Origin: Campylobacterota bacterium | GTDB taxonomy: Bacteria > Campylobacterota > Campylobacteria > Campylobacterales > Sulfurimonadaceae | Assembly (NCBI GenBank): GCA_034717975.1 | Contig: JAYEMF010000064.1 | Coordinates: 1 to 15,892, forward strand | DNA length: 15,892 bases | Direction: 5' to 3' | Shown here: in pieces, positions 7,230 to 15,134 of the stretch | Numbering within the stretch: the first letter of the stretch is position 1 | Layout: every line of letters starts with the position of its first letter | The notes under the pieces: generated by a model | The model's input: only the letters and a program-made list of their open reading frames with translations | Databases searched by the model: none | What the model was told of the DNA's origin: nothing | Made by a program: the position numbers and the translations under genes

Positions 7230-8759
7230 ATGGATTCATTAAAACCGACCGATCTGGATTTCACCCAGCCCATCACTATTGCTCCGCATATCCACTGGAT
7301 CGGTATGTACCTTGAGAATGACCCCTTTCAGTGCCACCCTTACCTCATTGAAAACGGTGACGAATCGATCCTGGTCGACCCCGGTTCCATGCTGGAGTTT
7401 GATGCCGTTGTCCGAAAAGTTCAACTGATCACTCCCCTTAAAAATATAAAATATATCATCTTGCACCATCAAGACCCTGACCTCTGCGCTTCCGTCCCGA
7501 CCATTGAAAAGCTGATCGACCGCAGTGATCTGCTTGTCATCACACACAGCCGTATGGTCCCGCTTGTCAAGCACTACCTCATCAAGTCAGACTATTATGA
7601 GATCGATAAAAACAGCCATCGGCTCATGACAGACAACGGCTTGCAACTGAAGTTTTTAACCACTCCCTACTGCCACTCTCCCGGTGCTTTTGTCACCTAT
7701 GAACCTGAGAGCAAGACCCTCTTCTCCGGCGATATCTTCGGCGGTATCGAAGAGTCATGGGAGTTCTTTGCCAAAGAGGACTATTTCGAGAAAGCCAGAC
7801 AGTTCCATGCCGAGTATATGCCGAGCAAAGATATCTTCAATTATGCCCTTTCCAAGATCGAAAAACTCGATATGGAGCTGATCGCTCCGCAGCACGGTTC
7901 CATCATTCAAAAACCCTATATCGCCGACTTGATCGGAAAGATGAAAGGACTTGACTGCGGCCTCTACATTGAACAGAAGTATAATGATGAACTTATCGAT
8001 ATCATCCACGCTCTGCAGCAAAAAGATGAAGCCCTTAAAGAGCGAGAGACTCTCCTCTTCCAACAGTCGAAGATGGCAGAGATCGGTGAGATGATCGCCA
8101 ACATCGCCCACCAGTGGCGTCAACCGCTCGCCATTATCAATACCATTGTCGCCATTGCCAAAGAGAAGAATCAACTAGAGCTGCTGAACAAAGAGGAGCT
8201 CGCCAAAAAACTCGAAGAGATGGAGAAGAACATCATCTATATGTCCACGACGATCGAAGATTTTATGAACTTTTTCCGTCCGGACAAAATCAAGAATGAA
8301 TTCAGCATACGCAAAGCAGTGAGCAATGCCCTCCATATCCTCTCGGCAAGTCTCAACGAAAACAGGATCGATATTAAGATCGAGGGGGATCACTCCCTCG
8401 TAGTCAACGGCTACCTCAACGAATATACCCAGGTCATTCTAACCATCTTGTCCAATGCACAGGATGCCCTCTTGCACTCTCAGGTAAGCGAACCAAAGAT
8501 CAGCATCACCTTTTACAAACACAACGGTAAGACCATACTTGAGATAGCTGACAACGCAAGAGGCATTCCTGATGAAAATATTGGTCGTATTTTTGACCCC
8601 TATTTTACGACAAAACACCAGTCCATCGGTACCGGCCTTGGTCTCTACATCGCTAAAATGATCATTGAAAAGAGTATGGGCGGTTCGCTTCATGCCACCA
8701 ATACGCCAGAAGGCGCAAAATTCATCATCGGAGTACCCCATGCAGACCCCCATCAGTGA
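7230..8759 (+). CDS. Cytoplasmic sensor histidine kinase with N-terminal di-iron MBL-fold (ODP/FprA-like) domain
   Basis: N-terminal: ILVDPGS, HHQDPDL, PYCHSPG, FSGDIFG, APQHG. C-terminal: H-box IAHQWRQPL (H294), N-box SNAQDA, DNARG, FDPYFTTK, GTGLGL. No transmembrane segment. Confidence 0.92.
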   Translation: MDSLKPTDLDFTQPITIAPHIHWIGMYLENDPFQCHPYLIENGDESILVDPGSMLEFDAVVRKVQLITPLKNIKYIILHHQDPDLCASVPTIEKLIDRSDLLVITHSRMVPLVKHYLIKSDYYEIDKNSHRLMTDNGLQLKFLTTPYCHSPGAFVTYEPESKTLFSGDIFGGIEESWEFFAKEDYFEKARQFHAEYMPSKDIFNYALSKIEKLDMELIAPQHGSIIQKPYIADLIGKMKGLDCGLYIEQKYNDELIDIIHALQQKDEALKERETLLFQQSKMAEIGEMIANIAHQWRQPLAIINTIVAIAKEKNQLELLNKEELAKKLEEMEKNIIYMSTTIEDFMNFFRPDKIKNEFSIRKAVSNALHILSASLNENRIDIKIEGDHSLVVNGYLNEYTQVILTILSNAQDALLHSQVSEPKISITFYKHNGKTILEIADNARGIPDENIGRIFDPYFTTKHQSIGTGLGLYIAKMIIEKSMGGSLHATNTPEGAKFIIGVPHADPHQ

Positions 8760-9426
8760 CATATCGATCCTTATCGCCGAAGATGAAGCGGAGCTAAGAG
8801 AGTTTTTTGCCGAATACCTCCAACTCTTCTTCACTACTGTCTACCAGGCTTCATGCGGCCTCCAGGCACTGGAGCTCTACCACTCCAAAAAACCGGATAT
8901 CATCATCACTGACATCAATATGCCCAACATCGACGGACTGAGCATGATCGGACAGATCCGGAAAAAAGATAAAAAGACCAAGATTATCATTACTACGGCT
9001 CACTCGGATAAAGATAAACTTCTCCATGCTATTGAACTTCAACTCGTCAAATACCTGATCAAGCCGGTCAAAAGCGACGAGCTCAAAGCCCTGCTTTTTC
9101 AGGTTGTCGAAGAGATACGCAGCGAATCAAGCTCTATTAACCTCAAAGACGGCTTTGCCTGGGAGATCAGCTCAAAGCAGCTGCTCAAAGATGGCAATCC
9201 TATCGACCTGAAACAGAGTGAGCGTAAACTTCTGGAGATCCTCTGCCAAAGTCCCAATCAGACCGTCTCCAATGAAACTATTTACAATCACCTCTTTGCC
9301 GATAAACCCGAAAAAGAGTTCAGCCTCAACTCCATCACCTCACTGGTGAAACGCATCCGGACAAAACTTCCACCCAAGATTATCTCCAACAACTACGGCG
9401 TTGGCTACACTATTCACACGGTTTAA
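8740..9426 (+). CDS. OmpR/PhoB-family response regulator (receiver + winged helix)
   Basis: Start re-called to ATG 8740 (SD GGAG 8730-8733), overlapping the kinase stop. Receiver IAEDE, TDINMP (D58), KPV; winged-helix end SITSLVKRIRTKL...NNYGVGY. Confidence 0.92.
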   Translation: MQTPISDISILIAEDEAELREFFAEYLQLFFTTVYQASCGLQALELYHSKKPDIIITDINMPNIDGLSMIGQIRKKDKKTKIIITTAHSDKDKLLHAIELQLVKYLIKPVKSDELKALLFQVVEEIRSESSSINLKDGFAWEISSKQLLKDGNPIDLKQSERKLLEILCQSPNQTVSNETIYNHLFADKPEKEFSLNSITSLVKRIRTKLPPKIISNNYGVGYTIHTV

Positions 9427-9457
9427 TACTCCCCTCTATCTCGTAAATTCAAGTAAC

Positions 9458-9490
9458 CGTCATTCGGGACTTGATCCGGAATCAAGTGAC
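9458..9490. repeat. Palindromic CGTC-tagged REP-like element/hairpin
   Basis: CGTC-ATTCGGGA-CTTGA-TCCGGAAT-C is an imperfect stem; it overlaps a perfect inverted repeat ACTTGAT (9469-9475)/ATCAAGT (9481-9487). Confidence 0.5.
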
Positions 9491-9535
9491 AACATCCCAC
9501 ATAAAAATAGATAATATTTTCCTAAATTTTCCCTC

Positions 9536-9588
9536 TGACAACTACTGACAATCTATTGACAAGCAGTGACAATCTCTTGTATTACAAT
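9536..9588 (+). promoter_or_regulatory. nrdD promoter: four phased TGACAA direct repeats plus TACAAT -10
   Basis: TGACAA starts at 9536, 9546, 9557 and 9567 (period 10/11/10). TACAAT at 9583-9588 lies 10 nt after the last repeat. Confidence 0.75.
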
Positions 9589-9615
9589 GCTTCTTACCAA
9601 AATATGGAGAAGCAT

Positions 9616-11739
9616 ATGCTCACCGAAATTCTCAAACGTGACGGTTCGACTCAAGCGTTTACCTCTTATAAAATTGAAGATGCCATCAAAAAAGCTTTCA
9701 ATAGCGAAAGCGTCATGTATGACAGCGAGATCTTCACCCGCGTCATAAAGCGGCTCTCCAACAAACGTATCGCCGCGGTTGAAGATATCCAGGATGCGAT
9801 CGAACTCGAACTCTATAAAGCACGTTACTTTGAGGTGATGAAATCCTTTATCCTCTACCGTCATATGCATAAGATGCAGCGTGAGCATCTTCTGGGGATG
9901 AACGATGACACTACCTATATCAATGCGGTTCAGACCGTAGAAGAGTATATCAGCGGAACCGACTGGCGCATCAAGGCCAACTCCAACACCGGTTACTCCA
10001 ATGCCGGACTGATCAACAACAGTGCCGGAAAGGTGATCGCCAACTACTGGCTGGACAAGATCTACTCCAAAGAGGAGGGGTATGCCCACCGAAACGGCGA
10101 CTACCACATCCATGACCTCGACTGCCTCACCGGCTACTGCGCCGGATGGAGCCTGAGAGTCCTGCTCGATGAGGGCTTTAACGGGGTACGCGGCAGAGTG
10201 GAGTCAGACGCTCCCAACCACTTCCGCGAAGCCCTCGGACAGATGGCGAACTTTCTGGGCATCTTGCAGAGCGAGTGGGCCGGTGCGCAGGCGTTCAGCT
10301 CATTTGACACCTATCTTGCTCCCTACCTGTTCAAAGACCAGCTCTCCTATAGTGACGTCAAAAAAGCGGTCCGAAGTTTTGTCTTCAACCTCAATGTGCC
10401 GGCGCGCTGGGGTCAAAGCCCCTTTACCAACATCACCATTGACTGGACGGTTCCGAGCGACCTTAAAGATCAGACCCCGACCCGCAATCAGCTTCATCTC
10501 TTCAGAGAGTTAGATGATCACTCACTGCTTGAAGAGGCCATATCACGAGGGGCTGAAGGCCTCGATACCATGACCTACAGACATTTCCAGCCGGAGATGA
10601 ATATGATCAACAAGGCCTACTACGAAGTGATGACCGAGGGCGATCGCAGCGGGCAGCCCTTTACCTTCCCGATCCCGACCGTCAACATTACCGAAGATTT
10701 CGACTGGTACGGCGAGAACACCGACATCCTCTTTGAGAACACGGCAAAGATCGGCTCCTCCTATTTTCAGAACTTCATCGGTTCTCAGTATATCCGTGAT
10801 GAGAACGGCAAGCTGGTAGAGAATCCGGATGCCTACAAACCCGGTCATGTACGAAGTATGTGCTGCCGTCTGCAGCTTGACCTGCGTGAACTGCTTAAGC
10901 GTGGCGGCGGGCTCTTCGGAAGTGCGGAGATGACGGGAAGTATCGGCGTCGTCACCATCAACATGGCACGCCTTGGCTACCTCTTTGCCGATGATGAAGA
11001 TGCCCTGTTCACAGAACTCGACCGCCTGATGGAGCTGGCAAAATCAACACTGGAGAAAAAGCGTGTATTTATTCAGGAGATGTTCGATCGGGGGCTTTTC
11101 CCCTATACCAAACGCTACCTGCCTGGATTTAACAACCACTTCTCCACCATCGGGGTCAACGGCATCAATGAGATGATCCGCAACTTCACCCAGGACATCC
11201 ACTCCATTACCGACAAATGGGGAAGTGAGTTCTCCATAAAAGTTCTCGAGCATATCCGCGACAGGATGGTCGAGTATCAGGAAGAGACGGGCAACCTCTA
11301 CAACCTTGAAGCGACCCCGGCGGAGGGAACGACCTACCGTTTCGCCAAAGAGGATAAAAAACGCTTCCCCGAGATCCTTCAGGCAGGCTATGATGACAAT
11401 ATCTACTACACCAACTCCTCGCAGCTGCCGGCCAACTATACGGACGATCCGTTCGAGGCGCTCACCCTGCAAGACGAGCTGCAAAACAAATACACCGGCG
11501 GGACCGTACTTCACCTCTATATGCGCGAGCGTATCAGCTCTACCGACGCCTGCCGCAAACTGGTGAAAAACGTCATCTCCAACTTCAGGCTGCCCTACAT
11601 CACTGTCACCCCGGTCTTCTCCATCTGTGATAAGCACGGCTATATCAGCGGCGAACATGAGTTCTGTCCGCAGTGCGATGAAGAGCTGATCCATGACTAT
11701 GAACAACCCCAACAAAAGGAAGAACCAAATGCATCATAA
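9616..11739 (+). CDS. nrdD: Class III (anaerobic) ribonucleoside-triphosphate reductase large subunit, lacking the C-terminal glycyl-radical domain
   Basis: Start re-called to ATG 9616 (SD GGAG 9606-9609). ATP-cone start ILKRDGS; HIHDL-x4-YC, FTFPIPT, finger loop RSMCCRL, EATPAEG, YTNSS, TGGTVLH, metal site CDKH-x9-CPQC. Ends without an RVxGY motif. Confidence 0.95.
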   Translation: MLTEILKRDGSTQAFTSYKIEDAIKKAFNSESVMYDSEIFTRVIKRLSNKRIAAVEDIQDAIELELYKARYFEVMKSFILYRHMHKMQREHLLGMNDDTTYINAVQTVEEYISGTDWRIKANSNTGYSNAGLINNSAGKVIANYWLDKIYSKEEGYAHRNGDYHIHDLDCLTGYCAGWSLRVLLDEGFNGVRGRVESDAPNHFREALGQMANFLGILQSEWAGAQAFSSFDTYLAPYLFKDQLSYSDVKKAVRSFVFNLNVPARWGQSPFTNITIDWTVPSDLKDQTPTRNQLHLFRELDDHSLLEEAISRGAEGLDTMTYRHFQPEMNMINKAYYEVMTEGDRSGQPFTFPIPTVNITEDFDWYGENTDILFENTAKIGSSYFQNFIGSQYIRDENGKLVENPDAYKPGHVRSMCCRLQLDLRELLKRGGGLFGSAEMTGSIGVVTINMARLGYLFADDEDALFTELDRLMELAKSTLEKKRVFIQEMFDRGLFPYTKRYLPGFNNHFSTIGVNGINEMIRNFTQDIHSITDKWGSEFSIKVLEHIRDRMVEYQEETGNLYNLEATPAEGTTYRFAKEDKKRFPEILQAGYDDNIYYTNSSQLPANYTDDPFEALTLQDELQNKYTGGTVLHLYMRERISSTDACRKLVKNVISNFRLPYITVTPVFSICDKHGYISGEHEFCPQCDEELIHDYEQPQQKEEPNAS

Positions 11740-11896
11740 TGAAATTCTTGAAAAAGTAAACCACAAACGTACCAAATGTATCATCTATACCCGTGTAATG
11801 GGCTACCATCGTCCGGTAGAGAGTTTTAACATCGGGAAAAAAGCTGAGCACACCGAACGCAAGCAGTTTGTAGAATACAGTAAATGTAGTGCCTGA
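11729..11896 (+). CDS. Stand-alone glycyl-radical domain of class III RNR (55 aa)
   Basis: ATG 11729 with SD AAGGA (11716-11720); YTRVMGYHRPVESFNIGKKAEH matches the NrdD C-terminal Gly-radical signature (G25 at 11801-11803). Confidence 0.88.
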   Translation: MHHNEILEKVNHKRTKCIIYTRVMGYHRPVESFNIGKKAEHTERKQFVEYSKCSA

Positions 11897-12569
11897 GACA
11901 CATCCGCTCTATGATATAACGCCCTTTACGGCGCTCGACTACCCTGATCATCTGGCCGCCATCTTCTGGTTTGCCGGGTGCAATATGCGGTGTGATTTCT
12001 GCTATAACGTCGACATCGTCTTTGGAGAAGGGTCGCTCACGATTGATGAAGCCCTCGAGTTTTTACAGACAAGAGTCGGACTTCTCGACGGTGTCGTTCT
12101 CTCCGGCGGCGAAGCGACACTTTATGACGGCCTTCCAGAGCTCTGCCGCCAGATCAAAACACTCGGTTTTAAGATAAAACTCGACACTAACGGCCTGCAA
12201 ACCGAAATGATCAAGACGCTTGTGGAGGAGAAACTGGTCGACTATATCGCCCTGGACTATAAGGCACCTGCACAGAAGTTTGCCGCGGTAACAAAAAACA
12301 GACACTATGAGAAGTTTGAAAAGACACTCAGGTTTTTAATAGTCTCCGACATTTCCTTTGAGGTCAGAACCACCCTGCATCCCGATCTTCTCAATGAGGA
12401 AGATATCAATCTCATCATCGCTGATCTTAAGGCAAAGGGGTATGAAGGGAATTACTACATCCAACACTTCATCACGGCCGATAAGACGATCGGCAAGATG
12501 GCAGCACCCGAAAAAGCGTTTGACCAGAACAAAGTATCAGATGCCATCCCTGTTTTTTACAGAAATTAA
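11889..12569 (+). CDS. nrdG: Anaerobic RNR activating enzyme (radical SAM)
   Basis: DYPDHLAA, GCNMRCDFCYN (CX3CX2C), SGGEAT, KLDTNG, EVRTT; GTG start overlaps the small ORF. Confidence 0.93.
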   Translation: MPETHPLYDITPFTALDYPDHLAAIFWFAGCNMRCDFCYNVDIVFGEGSLTIDEALEFLQTRVGLLDGVVLSGGEATLYDGLPELCRQIKTLGFKIKLDTNGLQTEMIKTLVEEKLVDYIALDYKAPAQKFAAVTKNRHYEKFEKTLRFLIVSDISFEVRTTLHPDLLNEEDINLIIADLKAKGYEGNYYIQHFITADKTIGKMAAPEKAFDQNKVSDAIPVFYRN

Positions 12570-12982
12570 AATGCCAGAGTAATCATCCAGTAGCGGAGGA
12601 TACGAAGCGTCCCGGCTATGGCAAGAAACCAGAAGATATTCAGGCGCAGCAACCCTGCCGCTAAAGTAACAGGATCACCGACAATCGGCAGCGGTGAGAG
12701 GAGCAGTGCCCAGTAGCCGTATCTTTCACTTAGCTGCAGTGCTTTTCTTCCGCTTTTCGAGCGCTCTACTCTTTGCTGTGCCCAATCACTCAGCCAAAAG
12801 CCGAGTCCGAAGTTCAGCATGATGGCCAGCAGGTTTCCCGAAGATGCGGCAATCAGTGCCGTGGAGTGCTCCATACCGGAAGCGAGTGCCGCGACCAGAG
12901 CGGCTTCAGAGCTGAACGGCAAGAGAGTAGCGGCTAAAAAAGCAGAGAGGAAAAGGCCTAACGGGCCGTAGCTATCGACCAT
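12566..12982 (-). CDS. yqaA: YqaA family (DedA/VTT) membrane protein
   Basis: LFLSAFLAATLLPFSSEA, GNLLA, LSPLPIVGDPVTLAAGLLR, LRY motifs. Confidence 0.87.
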   Translation of the reverse strand: MVDSYGPLGLFLSAFLAATLLPFSSEAALVAALASGMEHSTALIAASSGNLLAIMLNFGLGFWLSDWAQQRVERSKSGRKALQLSERYGYWALLLSPLPIVGDPVTLAAGLLRLNIFWFLAIAGTLRILRYWMITLAF

Positions 12983-13904
12983 TCACAAAGGTTTTAATAT
13001 TGTCGATAACCGAAGCGATCAATTTGTCACGTGCCTCGACAGATGTCCAGGCTATATGCGGAGTGATATAGAGGCGTTCACTATGCTTAATGTTCATTAG
13101 AGGATGCCCTTCACGCATCGGCTCCTGTTCAAGGACATCCAGACCGATATAGATCTCGCGTGCATCGATCACGCGGGCAAGATCATCTTCGTTGACGATG
13201 CCTCCACGGCCCAGGTTTAAAAGAAAAGCGCCCTGTTTCAGCTGCATCAGTTCACTTAGACCGATCAGGTTTTTTGTAGCATCGTTTAGCGGTGCATGGA
13301 TCGTTATGATATCGCTGTTTTCCAGCAAAGCACCCAGTTCGACACGGTGATAGTCACTGTTATGATTGCTACCCGAAGTGGAGCAGTAAAGAACATCCGC
13401 GCCAAATGCCGTTGCTATACCTGCTACACCGTGACCGATCTCACCCAGTCCGATGATCCCCCAGGTTTTACCTTTCAGTTCGAAAAAGGGGCGCTCAACA
13501 TTGGTAAAAACCGGACTCTTCTGCCACTCACCCGATTTAACATACTCATCGTAATAACGCGAGTGACCCATCAGGTAAAAAAGCATGGAGAAGGTGTGCT
13601 GTATCACCGAGTCAGTCGAATAACCCGCAACATTTTTAACGCCAATACCACGTTTGGCAGCCGCTTCGAGATCGACATTGTTCATACCCGTTGCCGCTAC
13701 ACAGATCAGCTTCAGATCAGGGCTTTGGGCCATCATTGCATCACTGATAACGACCTTGTTGGTTACGATAACATCAGCACTAGAGATACGTGAGAGCGTC
13801 TCATCGGCAGCGGTTGTCGGATAGACCTCGACATCACCAAACTGGTTAAAGCCTTCAAGGGATGTCTCACCGAAGGTTAAAGAGTCTAAAATGACAATTT
13901 TCAT
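12972..13904 (-). CDS. D-2-hydroxyacid dehydrogenase (glycerate dehydrogenase/hydroxypyruvate reductase-like)
   Basis: ATGMNNVD, NVAGYST, GIIGLGEIG (Rossmann), HAPLN, NLGRGG, LDVLEQEP, TPHIAW. Confidence 0.9.
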   Translation of the reverse strand: MKIVILDSLTFGETSLEGFNQFGDVEVYPTTAADETLSRISSADVIVTNKVVISDAMMAQSPDLKLICVAATGMNNVDLEAAAKRGIGVKNVAGYSTDSVIQHTFSMLFYLMGHSRYYDEYVKSGEWQKSPVFTNVERPFFELKGKTWGIIGLGEIGHGVAGIATAFGADVLYCSTSGSNHNSDYHRVELGALLENSDIITIHAPLNDATKNLIGLSELMQLKQGAFLLNLGRGGIVNEDDLARVIDAREIYIGLDVLEQEPMREGHPLMNIKHSERLYITPHIAWTSVEARDKLIASVIDNIKTFVNGR

Positions 13905-15070
13905 TACTGAGTATCTTTGATTTTTTCGATCAACACTTTTGATTTTTCCAATGCGGCATCGACTTCATCAAAGACCAACGCCACGGCCAGGCGGCGCCCT
14001 TTATGCGCTTCGGGTTTACCGAAGACACGAACAAAGCTGTTCTCACTGAAAAGTGAAGGGTCCACATCTACGACCGGGGCGCAGCTCTCTACTTCTGATT
14101 TGAACGCAGCCGATGCACCGTCGCCGTAAAAAGTAAAACCTAATGGCAGACCAAGAACAGCACGCAGGTGCAGAGCAAACTCGCTCTGGCTCTGCGTGAT
14201 CAGCGTTACCATACCGGTATCGTGGGGGCGCGGGCTTACTTCCGAGAAGTAGACCTCATCACCGGCTATGAAAAGCTCTACGCCAAACAGACCGCGGCCG
14301 CCAAGACCGTCGGTAATACGTTTGGCTATATCCTGAGACTTCTGTTTGGCAATCGCACTCATCTGCATTGGCTGCCAGCTGAAGACATAGTCCCCATCAC
14401 GCTGGACATGACCGATCGGCTCACAAAAGACCGTCTCGCTACCGTTACGGGCGGTAAGCATTGTGATCTCATAATCGAAGTTGACAAAAGCTTCAACGAT
14501 CAGCTCGCTGGCATCACCTCTGGCCTCTTTGGCCATCTCCCATGAGTTGTCCAGGTCAGCTTCGCTTCGCATCACACTCTGACCATGACCCGATGAGCTC
14601 ATGACCGGTTTAACAACACATGGATACCCAAGTCTGAGCGCTGCAGCACCCATCTCTTCACGTGTTTTAACAAACTCATAAGGCCCGGTTTTAAGGCCCA
14701 GCTCCTCCGCTGCAAACTGACGGATATTTTTACGGTTCATCGTCTTGTTTACCGCTTCAGCATTGGGAATGACATGGAACCCTTCAGCTTCGGCTTTGAA
14801 AAGTGCATCAATGCTGATCGCTTCGATCTCGGGGAGGATATAGTCAGGCTTCTCATGACGGATGATCTCAAGTACCGCTTCACTGTCTTGCATATTGACG
14901 ACATGTGAACGGTGCGCCACCTGATGGGCCGGAGCCGCTTCATAACGATCGACGGCGATCACTTCGATACCGAGGCGTTGCGCTTCAATAGCGACCTCTT
15001 TGCCGAGTTCACCTGAACCCAAGAGCATAATTCGTGTAGCATTGCTTTTTAACGGAGCAGAAAATTTCAT
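13904..15070 (-). CDS. purT: Formate-dependent phosphoribosylglycinamide formyltransferase
   Basis: [55 protein letters not shown]-grasp PurT signatures. Confidence 0.97.
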   Translation of the reverse strand: MKFSAPLKSNATRIMLLGSGELGKEVAIEAQRLGIEVIAVDRYEAAPAHQVAHRSHVVNMQDSEAVLEIIRHEKPDYILPEIEAISIDALFKAEAEGFHVIPNAEAVNKTMNRKNIRQFAAEELGLKTGPYEFVKTREEMGAAALRLGYPCVVKPVMSSSGHGQSVMRSEADLDNSWEMAKEARGDASELIVEAFVNFDYEITMLTARNGSETVFCEPIGHVQRDGDYVFSWQPMQMSAIAKQKSQDIAKRITDGLGGRGLFGVELFIAGDEVYFSEVSPRPHDTGMVTLITQSQSEFALHLRAVLGLPLGFTFYGDGASAAFKSEVESCAPVVDVDPSLFSENSFVRVFGKPEAHKGRRLAVALVFDEVDAALEKSKVLIEKIKDTQ

Positions 15071-15106
15071 AAAATTCCCTTGAAAATGTAGAATGTAATA
15101 GGAGAA

Positions 15107-15115
15107 ATTATATCA
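15107..15115 (-). promoter_or_regulatory. Extended -10 promoter (TGATATAAT) for the purT operon
   Basis: attatatca on + reads TGnTATAAT on -, 36 nt upstream of the purT ATG. Confidence 0.65.
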
Positions 15116-15134
15116 GGGGGTGACTAAAAAATGA

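Noticed and set aside
7230..7980. Flavodiiron NO/O2 reductase or beta-lactamase resistance gene
   Set aside because: No flavodoxin domain, no signal peptide, no HxHxDH or HxExDH motif; it is fused to a kinase.
8665..8739. N-terminal extension of the response regulator from TTG 8665
   Set aside because: It overlaps the kinase ATP-binding domain; ATG 8740 has an SD and begins just before the receiver fold.
9536..9577. CRISPR array, iterons or NrdR boxes
   Set aside because: Repeats are 6 bp with 4-5 bp gaps, no cas or rep genes are nearby, and they do not match the palindromic NrdR consensus.
9556..9615. TTG start at 9556 for nrdD, and TTGACA (9556-9561) as a -35
   Set aside because: The ATP cone starts at ATG 9616 with a good SD. 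TTGACA is 21 nt from TACAAT, too far for a -35, and is better explained as one of the repeats.
11690..11739. nrdD as a frameshifted pseudogene, or ATG 11693 as the small-ORF start
   Set aside because: Not fully excluded, but ATG 11729 has a well-spaced AAGGA SD, all catalytic motifs are intact and no classic slippery heptamer is evident.
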